Positions 33,720 to 46,592 of a stretch of 64,000 bases of DNA are shown one piece after another; position 1 is the stretch's first letter, and each line of letters begins with the position of its first letter. The stretch lies in NCBI GenBank assembly GCA_977862235.1, contig OZ374565.1, forward strand, positions 1,984,001 to 2,048,000, written 5' to 3'. The notes under the pieces were generated by a model. That model saw nothing but the letters and a program-made list of their open reading frames with translations, had not been told where the DNA came from and made no database searches. This stretch comes from Dudresnaya verticillata. Its lineage: Eukaryota. The translations under genes and the position numbers were made by a program.

Positions 33720-35078
33720 CTATCGATCATCATCAAAACAATTGTTAACCGCCTTCTTGAACGGGCGATACACGCACCGATCCGGGCGTCTCCGGCATGT
33801 GCACTCCCCCTTTTCAAGATCTGTGACGACACACGTGTGGGAGTCCTCTCCGACGCAGTTGTCGAACGCGAACGCGAGATACTCCTCCACGCTCACACGC
33901 GCCAGATCCCCACGCACGCAGCGCAGGTGCTGCTCGGCGAGCTCGTATGTCGTCGTGAACAGCGCCACGTGCAGCTCGTCGTCCACGTCCACCACCCCGA
34001 CGTTGTACACGGACCGTCCCGACTGGCACAGCAGCACGCCCTTGTACCGCAGCGGAACAGCTGATTGGGAAGCGCTTGCGGAGGGCGAGGGAGAGAGGGA
34101 TGGAGAGGGAGAGGAGGTCGCTGATGCTGCTGCTGCGGAGGGAGACGGTGCAGGCACGCTTGGTGCGGAAGATGCGCTCGGAGAGGCTGGCGCGGGTGAC
34201 TCTTCTGATGATGCAGAGGGAGAAGAACTAGGCGAGGCTGGAGCGTTTGTCACTTCTGCCGATACGGATGGGGAAGCACTCGGCGAGGCCGGAGCAGACG
34301 ACTCTTCCGGTGATGCTGAAGAAGTAGCGCTTGGTGAGGGCGGAGCGGGCGACTCTTCTGGAGATGCAGATGGAGAAGCACTGGGCGAGGATGGAGCGGG
34401 CGATTCTTCTGGCGATACGGATGGGGAAGCAGTGGGGGATGCTGGAGCAAGAGACTCTTCCGGTGATGCTGAAGAAGTAGCGCTTGGTGAGGGTGGAGCG
34501 GGCGACTCTTCTGGAGATGCAGATGGAGAAGCACTGGGCGAGGATGGAGCGGGCGACTCTTCTGGCGATGCGGACGGTGATGCAGTGGGGGATGCTGGAG
34601 TGGGCGACTCTTCCGGCGATGCAGAAGGAGAAGCACTAGGCGACGGTGGAGCTAGGGACTGCTCCGGCGATGCGGAAGACGAAGCACTTGGGGAGGCAGG
34701 GGCAGGCGACTCTCCCGGCGAGGCCGAGGGAGAGGCAGTGGGGGACGGTGCAGCGGGCGAGCGTTGCGGCGACGCGGAAGGAGTCGCGCTGGGCGAGGCA
34801 GCGGCGGTGGGCGTGGGCGGGTCATCGCAGATGTAGGCGAGCTTCCTGCGCGTGGGCAGGCGGCAGCGGGTGAAGACGCAGCTCGCGGCCAGGCGCTTGC
34901 AGGCCTTCTTGGCGGCCTTGCGGTCCGTGGTGCACACGCGCGGGCACGGGCTGGCGGGCTGGCGGACGGAGGGGGGTGGGGTTGAGCGGAGTGGGAGCGG
35001 GGTTGCGAGGGGGAGGAGGAGGAGGAGGAGGAGGAGGAGGAGGAGGCGGGGGAGGGGGAAGCGAAGGAGGGGAGGCAT
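33720..35078 (-). CDS. Secreted Ser/Pro/Ala-rich repeat protein with Cys-containing N- and C-terminal domains (452 aa)
   Basis: Poly-Leu signal peptide from (CTC)n; 6-Cys N-domain; about 12 x 17-aa PEESPAPxSPSASPSAS repeats; Cys-containing C-domain; GC-rich codons. Confidence 0.8.
   Translation of the reverse strand: MPPLLRFPLPRLLLLLLLLLLLPLATPLPLRSTPPPSVRQPASPCPRVCTTDRKAAKKACKRLAASCVFTRCRLPTRRKLAYICDDPPTPTAAASPSATPSASPQRSPAAPSPTASPSASPGESPAPASPSASSSASPEQSLAPPSPSASPSASPEESPTPASPTASPSASPEESPAPSSPSASPSASPEESPAPPSPSATSSASPEESLAPASPTASPSVSPEESPAPSSPSASPSASPEESPAPPSPSATSSASPEESSAPASPSASPSVSAEVTNAPASPSSSPSASSEESPAPASPSASSAPSVPAPSPSAAAASATSSPSPSLSPSPSASASQSAVPLRYKGVLLCQSGRSVYNVGVVDVDDELHVALFTTTYELAEQHLRCVRGDLARVSVEEYLAFAFDNCVGEDSHTCVVTDLEKGECTCRRRPDRCVYRPFKKAVNNCFDDDR
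34155..34770. repeat. 51-bp coding minisatellite with 153-bp higher-order period
   Basis: CTGGAGATGCAGATGGAGAAGCACTGGGCGAGGATGGAGCGG occurs at 34358 and 34511 (153 apart). Confidence 0.85.
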
Positions 35079-35474
35079 TTTGGGGAGGCGTGGGTGGGGA
35101 TGGTGGGGATGGTGGGGATGTGAGCGACGGGGTGTGGGGGTTTTATGTGGAGGTGGGGATAGGGCGGTGGTGCGAGTGTCTGACGTTGGCGGTACGGTAC
35201 GTGCGGTGTGCCTTTTGGTGTATGCCGTGGTGACAAGTTGTCGCGTGTGGTGACAGTCTCGGATATCGCTTGACGCTTTGTGGTTGGTCGGATAGTGTTT
35301 CGGGAAGACAGCTGCCGGTGATATCTTTGCATTTTGATTGGTGAAAGAAAAAGGGATGCGATCACATCGTGAATATTATTAATTTTCGAATAGTCACGTC
35401 AAACGTTCTCTTCTCTCTCACGCAGTGCCGAGTGCAGCGTTGGGCAGAACGCCATCAAGAAGATCGACCTCCAT

Positions 35475-36809
35475 TTATGCTTTGCGCTCGCCAGGCTGAG
35501 CGTCGGCGACCAAAGGCACGACACACTGCTGTCCAGACTCTGTAACACAAGCCACGACGTCAATCCCGCGCGTGCGTTCGTTGGACAAGCCGTCCTGTTG
35601 TATGTAACTGGCGAGAACGGCAATCATGCCCGCGCGCTTATTGAGATCTGTGCGCACGCGCGCGTCATGCCGCACTGCAGCAAAGACGTAAATCAAGCAA
35701 ACCGTCACCACCGATAGCAGCAACAGCCCCGCAGCGACAAGCGCCAGCACAGTCACGTTGGTCACATTCCGCTCAGGGCCAAGCATCTTGACGGTCCTCC
35801 GCGTCTCGATGTTACCCAAGGCGATGTTACCCAAGGCGATAATGACATCCAAGAAGGAGTTCGCCTCCTCAGAAAGCGATTGTTCGACTGCGAAGATCAT
35901 TTCCTTTGGCAGAAACTTGTCCGTTCGGAGTAAGAACTTCCACACAGCGCGGTCGGTGTCAACGATGGAGAAGGAACTCTGCGTGAGCAGAAATTGGCTG
36001 TAGCTGCCACCGTCTGTATACAGGTAACTTCCAGTGACCCCCGAGGCTAACGCTTTCAGCATATAAACCTTGACATACCCGTACTCAACACGCTCCTGCA
36101 CCAGAACAGTAGCCCTTTTTTGCGTAGGATCGTCGGAGAAAACATTCGTTTCCACAAGCACCTGTAACCTGACGCGGTCCGTCTCTGCAAACCCAAGCGC
36201 CTTGTCTTCCCAGGGCATCTCCGGGTCAGCGCGCAGCGGCGCCGTGATGTTCGGCAACGCTTCCTCCAAGCGCTCCATCTGGATGGCGATCTCAGACCCC
36301 ACCGGTGCGGCCTGCCGTCCATCTAGACAGGTGACATCCACCACCTGCGCGTCCTCGTTGCCGCCCAGCACGACCGCCGCCCCGTACAGTACGCGAAACC
36401 CGGGGAGTTCTGGTTCTTCGCCCGCGCACAACAGCAGCGCGTCGCCGGGCCCGCTCCAGTAGGCAACACCGCTGCTATCCGCACCGCCGGCACTGTGGAA
36501 CGCGCCCATGACGATGCCTTCGCGAGTCCCGACGACGTTGCGCGTCGTGGACGGCTGCAGCCCCAGCTCGGCGAGCACGACCACGACCTTGAGGAGGAGG
36601 ACGGCGGCGGCGGCGATGAGCGCGACTGGGACTCGGCGCGCGCGTCTTCCGAGCGTGTGTGTGCGGCCGGTGGATAGACGGTGCGCGATGCAGAGCCCCG
36701 CTATGCGCGAGGATAGCAAGGCGAGGAGCGGGGCTAGCACCAGCGCGGTAGCAACTTCCGCGATTGTCGCGGCGATGTTGCTGGGAATGGGGATTTGCAG
36801 TGTGCGCAT
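35475..36809 (-). CDS. Predicted membrane protein of unknown function (444 aa)
   Basis: Long ATG-initiated ORF; two N-terminal hydrophobic segments and one C-terminal segment (VTVLALVAAGLLLLSVVTVCLIYVFAAV) flank a large domain with N-x-T sites. Confidence 0.75.
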   Translation of the reverse strand: MRTLQIPIPSNIAATIAEVATALVLAPLLALLSSRIAGLCIAHRLSTGRTHTLGRRARRVPVALIAAAAVLLLKVVVVLAELGLQPSTTRNVVGTREGIVMGAFHSAGGADSSGVAYWSGPGDALLLCAGEEPELPGFRVLYGAAVVLGGNEDAQVVDVTCLDGRQAAPVGSEIAIQMERLEEALPNITAPLRADPEMPWEDKALGFAETDRVRLQVLVETNVFSDDPTQKRATVLVQERVEYGYVKVYMLKALASGVTGSYLYTDGGSYSQFLLTQSSFSIVDTDRAVWKFLLRTDKFLPKEMIFAVEQSLSEEANSFLDVIIALGNIALGNIETRRTVKMLGPERNVTNVTVLALVAAGLLLLSVVTVCLIYVFAAVRHDARVRTDLNKRAGMIAVLASYIQQDGLSNERTRGIDVVACVTESGQQCVVPLVADAQPGERKA

Positions 36810-39800
36810 CGTCTACGTTCTTTTCTCTTGTTTTCGGGCGGTCGCGGGAGCATGAAAGTACAAAGGTTGTTCGTTTTTGCCGAGGTTCGTTTTTTCGACG
36901 TGAAGGTGAATAACATTTTTTGCCCCCTGCGGGAGTATTTTCTGTAACCTAACAAATAGCGTACCTAGTGGTTGCTGCGCGTGTACGTTAAGGTTCTATA
37001 ATATGGTTGATATATATAAATTACGGGATAAACGCTTCTCATTTACTCTTCAAAATGTGTGCATCGCATAAATATACCATATATGATGTAGTATTTTATT
37101 GAATCTTTAACGTGCGCAGTTGCGCGGGCGACTAAGGCCGATTTGCAGGCACACGCCCTACCAACCAGATATCTACTGTATGTGGTAGACTAGACGGGCT
37201 TACACCCGTAATCTGGAGGCAGTCCAGCCGGCTCCATGAGAAGAATGGGCAAACAACCCCGGTGGGGAAAAATATGTGCGCACTCTACTGCAAACATGTG
37301 GGCCAAGGGTTTGAACAGCACGTAATTTAATGGATTTCCAAGTTTATCTGAAAAGCAGTTGTTCTAAATTGTAATAAATCAACACCTCGAGTCTATATAT
37401 TCTACATAATATATATTATATATATAATAATTAATCTATATGTATTTATTGTTTTACGAACCATAGTTTGCGCAAGACTCTCCATGGAAATGTTAAAGCA
37501 GTCGAATTAAAGTAACAAAATTGAATAAAATCAGTGAATTGTTTACAATTTAAGAACAGTCGAATTGTCCACAGTCCGCCTTTATACAGTTATGGCGCAA
37601 AACTTATGGACCCAAAGACAAAAATGCGTATACGACAGTGCAGTTTCAAGCCCCGCGCGCTGCACTAATGCATTTCATTTATCGGCTTTCCATCTGCTAC
37701 TGCAACCGCGATGTTTTTGACGCTTTCCCCGCCGCGGTCGCCGTCTTCAAAAAGAACATAGACGTAATGTATAACAAGAGTTTAGCTCATCGACTTTTTT
37801 TCATATACGTGCGCTTAATATGAATCGCCGCCAGCACAACTCACCCCTCTGTCTGGATTTCCTACCTTGAACGCAGCCCCGTTCTGAGGCTATCTAAATG
37901 TTTCTCTATATGATCTCGCACTAAGCAACACTGAAAAAAGCCTGGTGACTTCGATTGAGCTCTGCTCACAATTTTGTCTGTTTTACAAACTTTGTTTTTG
38001 ACAGTTGCAGTCCTCGTCATCATCGATTCTCCGTGTGTTGCCTAGATTTAGCATCCCTAACGCCATGCAGTCAATCCTCGACACAAGAATAACTAATGTG
38101 GATGGTTGCAAGCAACACATCGAGGATACACTGGCCCAGGCTTTCAAGACACTGAGAAAGCTGGGTTGCTTGCGAAGGAAATACGCCATAGTCACCTGCG
38201 GAATCTGCAAAGTCCTCTGGGGCTTCAGAGCCCTCTTACCATGACTGAATTCAACATTTGGGCGTATGAAGGTGATGCCTGTACAGACATCAAGCAGCCT
38301 TTTGGCAACAGAGCGGCATTTCAGCTTCTCGCTAGTTGACATTCTCTTTAGCGAGGCCCCCAGCGTTGCCACCTGGCTCCAAAGTCCTCATCGCGGCTAC
38401 TCATGCTATCTCTGCCCTAATCACAGATTTTTTTGCGGCTCTGGAGGGGGCAATGCATTCAACTTCGGAGCATCTCAGCATTTTCTTAGTTTCAACAAAT
38501 GTGGGCTCCTTAGGTCAGCTTTTTTCCCAGCCACGGCGCGTCTTCTGGGCATCTTTTACTCACATTTTGCAGATTCTTGTTCATTCTAATGATAGTCAGC
38601 TTTACTGATGTACGAAGTCGAGCAGGTCGAAGGTAAGCAGCTATGTACAATAGGAATTAGCATAGAATATCCACGCGATGGCGATATCATGTCGATAAAG
38701 GTCCCATAAATGACGGCCGGGCTACAGCTACATGCACATCCTTAATATTCCAGTAACGACGCAAATCTATCTGGAACCTCCGACACAACAACACTCTTTC
38801 ATACATATCGGCTGATTTTGAAGGAACTGGACCGGCGCATGGACTTTGTATTGTTGTTCCGTGGATATTCCCGTTGTCAAGGATTCACTGCACGAAGAGA
38901 GGTGGCCAGGAAAAAGCTTGGCTCTGTGGATGCAGTGGTTGTTGAAGGTTTACGTGTTTGTTGCTGTGTGTCGCCACGCCGTTGGTCTCGCTTGCTCGGG
39001 CACGTTCACCTGCTCTGTCCAAGTATCGTGATGCCATCTTGTACAGTAATGGTAGCATGCTAGTTACAAAAAGACTGTCGGGTATCCTCACGATGCCTCA
39101 CTGAAGATACCCCACTGCTTTCCCTAGTGTATGGGGCAGCTTTCCCGAGAAAGCCCCGATTGAATGCTACAACTATGTTGAAATCGGCGCTTCTCAAACC
39201 CCTGCTAATCCTGAGCTTCACGGTTTAGTGTTATGGTATAGGCCCTCTGCATATCGCCTAGATTTCCTCTGCTTTCCATTAATTCGCTCTCCAGCAAGGC
39301 ATATACTGCTAGGATTAGTCCTACAAGGCATTACTATGATACAGCGGTGGAAATAGAGGGCATCATACCTGATGCAGAAATCACCATGGAGACCAGTCTG
39401 ACCAACAAAGACTCAATTTAAGGCTCTGGTAAGGGATATTATAATAGATTCATTGCACTCGCCACTCCAGTCTCTTCGAGCTTCCGTAATAAACAGCATC
39501 CCCATTACAACTTGTTGGAGTTCCGGGAAGCAATTTATTTTGCGGAAGAACGAGGTTCCGATACAGTTCTACACACTACAGAGATCAGCTGATGCCGAGG
39601 GATATTGCAATCGCGCCTGACTGCATGCGGGTTTCCGGGTGAACTTTTCGGAATCCTGCAGTGTAGGATCTAAGTAGAGAGCATCTCTGCACTACGCCAT
39701 ATAATATACGTCCATGGGCCCCTTTGTGGACTTTCTCAAGTGCGCCTGCACATGGGCCTAAGCTGCCCGCGTAGTACCACTATAAACAACAATCAAAGAA

Positions 39801-40485
39801 GAACACCACTACAGCAAGGAAAACCACAAGAGTCGGAAACAGCCCAGTGATTTCCTTTTGCTTGGTCCGCATGGAGGTCGTGGCTTCGAGCCCGCGGGTG
39901 TGTGTTGGAGTAGTCTACAGCTTTAACCTGCATACATATTATTCAATAGAGTCAACGCGTAGTAGAAGGTACTCCAGTTGAGTTTGAGAGTGAGCATACA
40001 CGAAACGAGAAAACAGTCTCGTGGAACAGATTGATAGATGTTTGCTCCACTCCATTTTTCTACTTATAGAACCAGTGCTCTGGCGCCAGCGTGGCTGACC
40101 TTCTTCAAATCTCAAACAAATGCGCAGAATGCCAGAATTCAGTGGCGACAACAGCACCGTTTTCAACCTGCAATGGTGATCCATAACACCAAAGATTCCA
40201 TCTCTGTCCGGATCATTTACAGACGTTTTGCACCCACAATATAGCACTATATCATTGTATGATTTCTATTTTCCGGTGCTCTCAGCATTGGATGCAAGTA
40301 ACACCTCGTTAAACTTAGCTACTACGACTTGGTCCAGGGGCTGTTGGGGCTATATAAGACAAACATTAAAGGAACAGTTCGAAAGAAGAAAACATCCCAG
40401 CAACTGCAAAAGTTAGAGCTTTGCGTTGCACCGGTCAAAATCGGGGCTAAGCTCATCCAAGGGCTTCAAGATACCGCAAATCATC

Positions 40486-40965
40486 ATGCGGACTATCCAG
40501 ATTATTCTGAGTGCATTCGTTCTTCTCCATGCAACAAGCTTTGCATCAGCGAGATCATGCGGGAGATACAACTACAGGGTGTACAAATGCTGCAACGGAG
40601 TTCTTTCCTTTGGAAATCCCAGCAGTAAGTCCTGCTGTGGGACTCGGGCCTATGACTACAGGGTGTACAAATGCTGCAATGGAGTTCTTTCCTTTGGAAA
40701 TCCCAGCAGTAAGTCCTGCTGCGGGACTCGGGCCTATGACTACAGGGTGTACAAATGCTGCAACGGAGTTCTTTCCTTTGGAAATCCTAGTAGTAAGTCC
40801 TGCTGTGGGACTCGGGCCTATGACTACAGGGTGTACAAATGCTGCAACGGAGTTCTTTCCTTTGGAAATCCCAGTAGTAAATCCTGCTGCGGGACTCGTG
40901 CCTATTACAACAGATCCTATAAATGCTGTGGTGGGAGAGTTAAGTTAAGGTATTCCAGATGCTGA
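40486..40965 (+). CDS. Secreted galaxin-like di-cysteine repeat protein, family B copy 2 (159 aa)
   Basis: ATG at 40486 (MRTIQIILSAF) aligns with the paralogue starts; four near-identical 84-nt repeats; 9 CC plus 2 C; TATATAAG at 40351. Confidence 0.9.
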   Translation: MRTIQIILSAFVLLHATSFASARSCGRYNYRVYKCCNGVLSFGNPSSKSCCGTRAYDYRVYKCCNGVLSFGNPSSKSCCGTRAYDYRVYKCCNGVLSFGNPSSKSCCGTRAYDYRVYKCCNGVLSFGNPSSKSCCGTRAYYNRSYKCCGGRVKLRYSRC

Positions 40966-43429
40966 GTGCTAAATTGGAAACATGTCCCTATTGGGATGGT
41001 ACGTGATGAGAAGGAATCTTCTATGTGTGTTTCATGTCAAGATTGATATATTTGTAATATCGATTCCGGTGGTTAGGAAGGCAGTAGCTAACCATAGGAA
41101 AGCATTTGGCACGAAAGGGATCATCTCCAGTGGAAAAGATAGATAAGGGTCCCATTGCGGCTGCGAAGACAGATATTATTCTTTGGTATTGCCGTGAAGC
41201 TCATATGAAACTTGAGTTCCTTCAGGTTAGTGCAATGTGAGCGATAAGTGCGTGGTTTGTAGCGTTCTCAGTACGGATTAAAGTAAAACGCCGAAAAGTA
41301 GTAATAAGTCTAAGGTTGGATTGGTTCTGGACTACCAGGCAGTTTATATGTTGTGTCAAAGATGCCGCTTTACAGGTATGAAAAGACTGACCAAGAACAG
41401 CGAACTTCGCTGAGCGTCCCGAAGGGGTATCTAGGGTACTGTATATGGTCCACCGAATAGTTGTCACCAGGATTGACGCCGACTCAAGATGGTTCACAAA
41501 TGCAGGACGCTAATTTGGGTACAGTGCCGAAAATGGTGTCAACAACAGTGACTCCCAATACGACTCCCGGGCGATACTCCGCAATGCCTTGTACGCTACT
41601 CTCGGGGACATCTAGGCTGTACTTAAGGGAGCCGGAAACTCTTTGTAGAGAGTTCCGCAAGTTCATCCTTTTCCCGCCCTCCCTCCCTAAGGATTTGACA
41701 CTCACAAGTTCATCCTTTTCCTCCTCCTTCCTATACCTTGACAAGAGCGCCTAGAAGTGCTTCTATCATCTTATCTTAGTTGTCATCGGTTTGTCAAATG
41801 GAGTTCTATTTACAAGTAAAGGCTTCCATTTCTTTTCATGAAAAGTAAATTTCATGCGTCACAGTCTGCTTTCTTAAAATTATTCTAAATATCTGAAGAG
41901 GGCTTTGTGTCGGTCGCCTGTACTTGAACAGCCAGAACGGGCAAGGAAACACTCCGCGGAGATAGCATAATTGCAGAACGACCTTCCCTCTGTAGATGAC
42001 GAGGTCGGATCTTATGCGCGACAATAAAGAAACCAAACTGAGAGGGGATTCCAACATGTGATTTTGTGAAGTTTCTCTGTTGCTGTGTAGGGTTTCATTC
42101 CTGTCCTAGCCTTAAAGTAGTCATCAGCAGGTAAGCAGCTAGGGTTTCCCTTTTCTAGTCTTGCTTTAATAACGTTGTGATGATGATGACGTTAAAGGTT
42201 AAGTGTCCCAGAAGTTTGGATTATTTCTAGTTGTTTACTGTCGTATGTTGACTAAAATAAATCCTCAAGAAAGGCAGTATATTAGCCGAGCTTCAGGAAC
42301 GCCCACATGAACCCAGGTGCAGAACATACCGCCCCCTCTGAGTCAAATTCCTTGTCGCCGCCAAACTATACTTCTATCGAGTTCTGAGTTCAGTTGGGAA
42401 CTGCATAGGATTAGATACAGAAATTGAGAAGTAACAACCACTACATCCAGTGTGTGGGGTAGAGAAAGTAGCTTATCCTCCTCGTGAGCGACACTGTACT
42501 TTCGCTAACGCTTTTATAACTCTGATTGTAGCTAACCCTTCTTCTGGGCGGAAAATCTTCACACCACTCTTACCCTCAGATCTTCTTTTCACAATGCTGC
42601 AATGTTCCTGTCAGCTCTCCGTTCCTTTGTAGATTAGGACAAACTGTATCATAAAACAGCAAGCATCCCATTATTCTCAAATGTGAGAGTAAGTATGATA
42701 TAACAGGAGGGAAAGGTCTTTCTTTTTATCGTATTTTGTGGGGGCAGGATTTCCTGCTAGTACGGGCTACTGTACCGGTTGTGTGAACTGTATATTTTCC
42801 TTCGGTTGATCATGAGCGCAGTATAGCAGGACGGTGTGTTTGACTAGTTTTAAGGGCGTAATTGTAATTGCCTAGACGCTTAAACTTCAAGATCGTTCGA
42901 GAGGATGAAGAATGCTCAGTCATTTGACGAATATTCAACACTCGAGTTTACAGCGCTTCAACACTCAGTGGTGGCGCGGGATCAGTTGCAACGATTTACG
43001 CCAACAGCAATCGCTTTGGAGCTAAAGAGACGTGAGAGTAGCTGAAAGGGAAAGCTTCTCGGGTTGCGGGAAGAGCACTTAGAAATAGTATGTGAGTGGT
43101 TTGACGAGACCTCACAACAAAAAAGGTGTTATTATTAAGCTCGAGCTCCTCCCATAGACACAAGTAAAGCTTGGCAGTGGTGAGACTGCTGGACTGAATG
43201 TTAGTTGGGTGATATCAGATATCCATGTGAAAGTCATCAGGACTGTGCAGTTGAATTACAAACAACAGAGTGCATGTTCTTTTGCGTGATTGTGCGGGTG
43301 CCGGGTGCGCACCTTTGCAGAAGATAGTATATCTACAGCTCCGACGAAGCATAAGCAAGCCTCTGGCAGCGTGGAAGCGGTCCTCTGTAGCAATTTAATT
43401 GCAGTGCTCAGTTGGACATACAAGTGCAT

Positions 43430-44570
43430 TACTGTCCATATTACCTGTACGCGCTAATTCGCTTGCGTACTGGCTGGTGCCCTCCTCGCTGTATTCATGT
43501 CTCGCGATGCCATGCTGTCATGGTTAAAATAACTATTTGGATACGGCGCATCCTTAGCGTTAGTATGTTGTTTTAGTTGTTATCGTATTGGGCATCTCTC
43601 AAGTTCGATGGAATCGGTCTAAGCACAGATAAAATGTTAGAAAGTAAGATGAATCTTGAATTGAATGAACGTGAGGTTGACTAATCGACACAGCCACAAC
43701 CGCTGGATAAATATGTGGTGCTGACAATTCATTGAGTCATCTGATCATTGAAAACAGATGACATAACGAAGTAATACTGTACGTATAGCATTTACAAATA
43801 GCATTCGATATCGTCAGTTACGTTTCATTGAAAACGTTGTTTAGTAGGACTCCATCTCGCTGAGAGTATAATTAGAGTTGAAGCTGATAATCTGGTAAAG
43901 AAGAAGGCATCTGTACCAAAGAAAGAAAAGCTCTGCGAGTATGCTCACGAGGAATCGAGCAAGGCAGAAGAGACAGTATTGCAAACATATAGAGCAAAAC
44001 GCTACGACTCTATTCTCTTGAGATCACCGCTTCCCAAAACTCTATAAACTCTAACCTTAGTCTCATTATTCATTATTTAGTGTTACGGTAACACAATACG
44101 TCGCGAGCGACTGATCTCATTTTTGCAGCTAGACTAAGGTTGAATGGTCTCGGGGCCTCCATATGTTGTATAGGGTTTCTCCGCTCTCGAAGACATCAAT
44201 CTCCAACATGTCTCTTCGTTCGAGGTATGATCACAACAGGATGGAATAGGAAACAAAGTTCATCAGCAATAACAGATGCAGCTACATATGTCTCATGCTT
44301 CGCAGTGATTGGCACACTACTGCTCAAAGCGTGCTACTGGTATAGGATATGATTCATCTACGGTATTACACTCACCAATTCACTGAGAAGAAAAAAATGT
44401 TCAATTTTCAGAGTGCACTCGAGCCCATATATAAAGGAGTCCGTCAGCATTACAACAGTACGAACAAGTTCCAAATCGAGCACGAAACTGCAATGATGGC
44501 CTATTCGTACATTTTTTTATCTATTGGCTCCATTCCATTTGTATTCTACTACTACATCCAGACTGCTGTC
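43430..44570 (+). repeat. Orphan copy of the family B upstream region (no CDS follows)
   Basis: Contains GCTAATTCG.TTGCGTACT, TATTGGGCATCTCTCAA, TATTCTCTTGAGATC and CCATTTGTATTCT in the same order as 62.2-63.0 kb, then breaks off into TE sequence. Confidence 0.7.
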
Positions 44571-44835
44571 GTCACAAAAGTATTTTACTTGTTGTATCCC
44601 AACTGGCGTTTTAGGATTACATACGGCTGGAAGATAGGTTAGTATATGTGTATCCTGTATGCACCGGATATCGCAGCTTGATGTCCTCTATGAGTTCCAA
44701 CTGCAGTATTGTACTTTCGGTTCTACTGCACCGGCTTGTTACGTAGTAGCGAAACATTATATATTGACTACCTAAAAAGGCAAGCGAGACTTGCCCTCGA
44801 GGCTAAATGGGTCGTACCAAGTTCTATGGCTCTAC

Positions 44836-45313
44836 TGTTATGTTTGATTTTAATATTTGTTTAACGTGGTCTTGCGCAAGCGATGATGGCTCATAGCCAA
44901 GTACACGGTACTGTGCACTACTCCTACATGTTGGAGGCCAGGGTAAGGTTGGAACGTTAGTAGAGGCAGACTGTATACGGACGTCATCTTGATGGTGACG
45001 GATGTCGCATGTCAATTAGTAGAGTAGTGTCGGCATGTCACATCTCCTGTGTCAGTGCACCTGCAGGAAAGGCGAGTAGTCTCTTCTCCTGTTTCAGTGC
45101 AAATGTAGGCAGGGCGAGTAGTCTGTCTTACTTTAGTGAACGCTCTGTCGACAGTACGGTCATACAGAGGGGTTCATATAGAGGTAGAAGGTCCAACAGA
45201 AGTAAAGAGGTACCTTTGCTTAGAGAAGAAGACGATAATCAACTAAAGAGACCAGAGCTCTGTACCTGTACCTAATATACACATTCGACCTGTTTGACTA
45301 TGCAATATCATCA
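44836..45313. mobile_element. LTR-like remnant beginning with the dispersed terminal motif
   Basis: Starts TGTTATGTTTGATTTT...TTAACGTGGTCTTG; body is an inverted homologue of 1785-2158; no TSD found. Confidence 0.5.
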
Positions 45314-46353
45314 CGTCCCCTGACCATCTTTAATGGATATCCACGGTGCCATTAGGTATGGATTCTATCGTGGTGCGCAACGCATCGCGAACTTCCTCGC
45401 TTTGACTAAGGGTAGTTCCCCGTGCGCAGAAAAGCATCCCTGCTCACACGACAAGTCTTCCTTCCTTAGTGCTTCAGTACGTAGAGGTTGCCGTTAACCG
45501 GCGAAAGCTTCTAGACCGCCGAGCTAGTAACGCTACCACTTAAGTCACCTTATGGAACGCAAGCGTTAGAGGAGTAGAGTAGATTTACTCTATAAAGGCA
45601 GGCCTGTCCGACTCAGAACTCGGTCCGACACACACAAGGCACCATTGCCAAACAACCTTGCCATCGCCCTCTATCTTCCCTTAATCAAATTCGACGGCAA
45701 TAACCCTCGCACATTCTCACCCAGTCCCATCAAGACCATTGTCTTAGCCAGGGATTCTTCACAACGGCGATGCCATGCTTAGTTAGCATGGCTCGAACAG
45801 TGCTGGATGTGGTACATATTTGATGTGATGGTAAACGTTTACTGGTTGTTTAAGGTGGTCTCACGCGGGCGACTAAGGCCCATTAGCGAGCGTGCTGGGC
45901 ATCTCTCAGTTGGATGGAATTTGACTAAGCACACACGGTATGCCTTCCAAGGTAAGATCTAAAAACAAAACGGTCAGCGCTATTATCTTGAGGGCATCGC
46001 TTCCCGAAACTCAACCGTAGGCCCATTGTTCATCATTCAGTGTTACTGTAATAGACTCCCGCATTAGTGACTGGATGCATTTGCAGGCAGACTACGGGTG
46101 CCCTATGTAGGGGCTGTCGCCTCCACATGTTCCAGAGAGCTTTTCCGCTCTCGACTAACATCATTCAGCAATCCACTTCGTTCGAGTTATGGTCACACCA
46201 GGGTGGAAGAGTAAATAGATTGCCGTCAGCATTAGCGTGTTGCTGACAAGGTTGATATTATACATTTCGTACACTATTCCCTGCACTCGGAAGAACAAAC
46301 TGTTCAAATTTCAGAGTTAGCTCGGGCCTGCATACAATGAAGTACTTCAGTAG

Positions 46354-46592
46354 TGAAGTTTGATTTATTGGTATTTTGTTTAGAGTGGTCCTGCGCGGGC
46401 GGCTATGGCCCATTTGCAGGCACACTTTCGGGCTGTGGTCTATTCAGGCGATGTGGAGTGCTCCTGCGGGAGGGGAGAGGGAATTCTTCTTGGCAGGCCG
46501 CTCGGATCAGGTGGATGGCTTCCGTTATTTCTTGGAGATCTTGAGGGGTGGGGTCGCGTAGTGCGAGCTTGTGTAGAGTGGCAGCGGGTTGG
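46354..46592 (-). mobile_element. ~240-bp TE fragment inserted in the family B copy 3 upstream region
   Basis: The paralogous empty site near 62850 reads CTTCAGTAG|TGCAACCGTAGCAAC; here the two halves are separated by this segment. Confidence 0.75.

Noticed and set aside
33673..34836. 387-aa Gly/Asp/Glu/Ala-rich plus-strand ORF
   Set aside because: Antisense shadow of the Ser/Pro-rich gene; the repeat lacks stops on this strand; non-ATG start.
40560..40930. Regular 84-bp direct repeats resembling a CRISPR array
   Set aside because: No unique spacers; repeats are contiguous, in frame and encode the CC-repeat protein; no cas genes; eukaryotic context.
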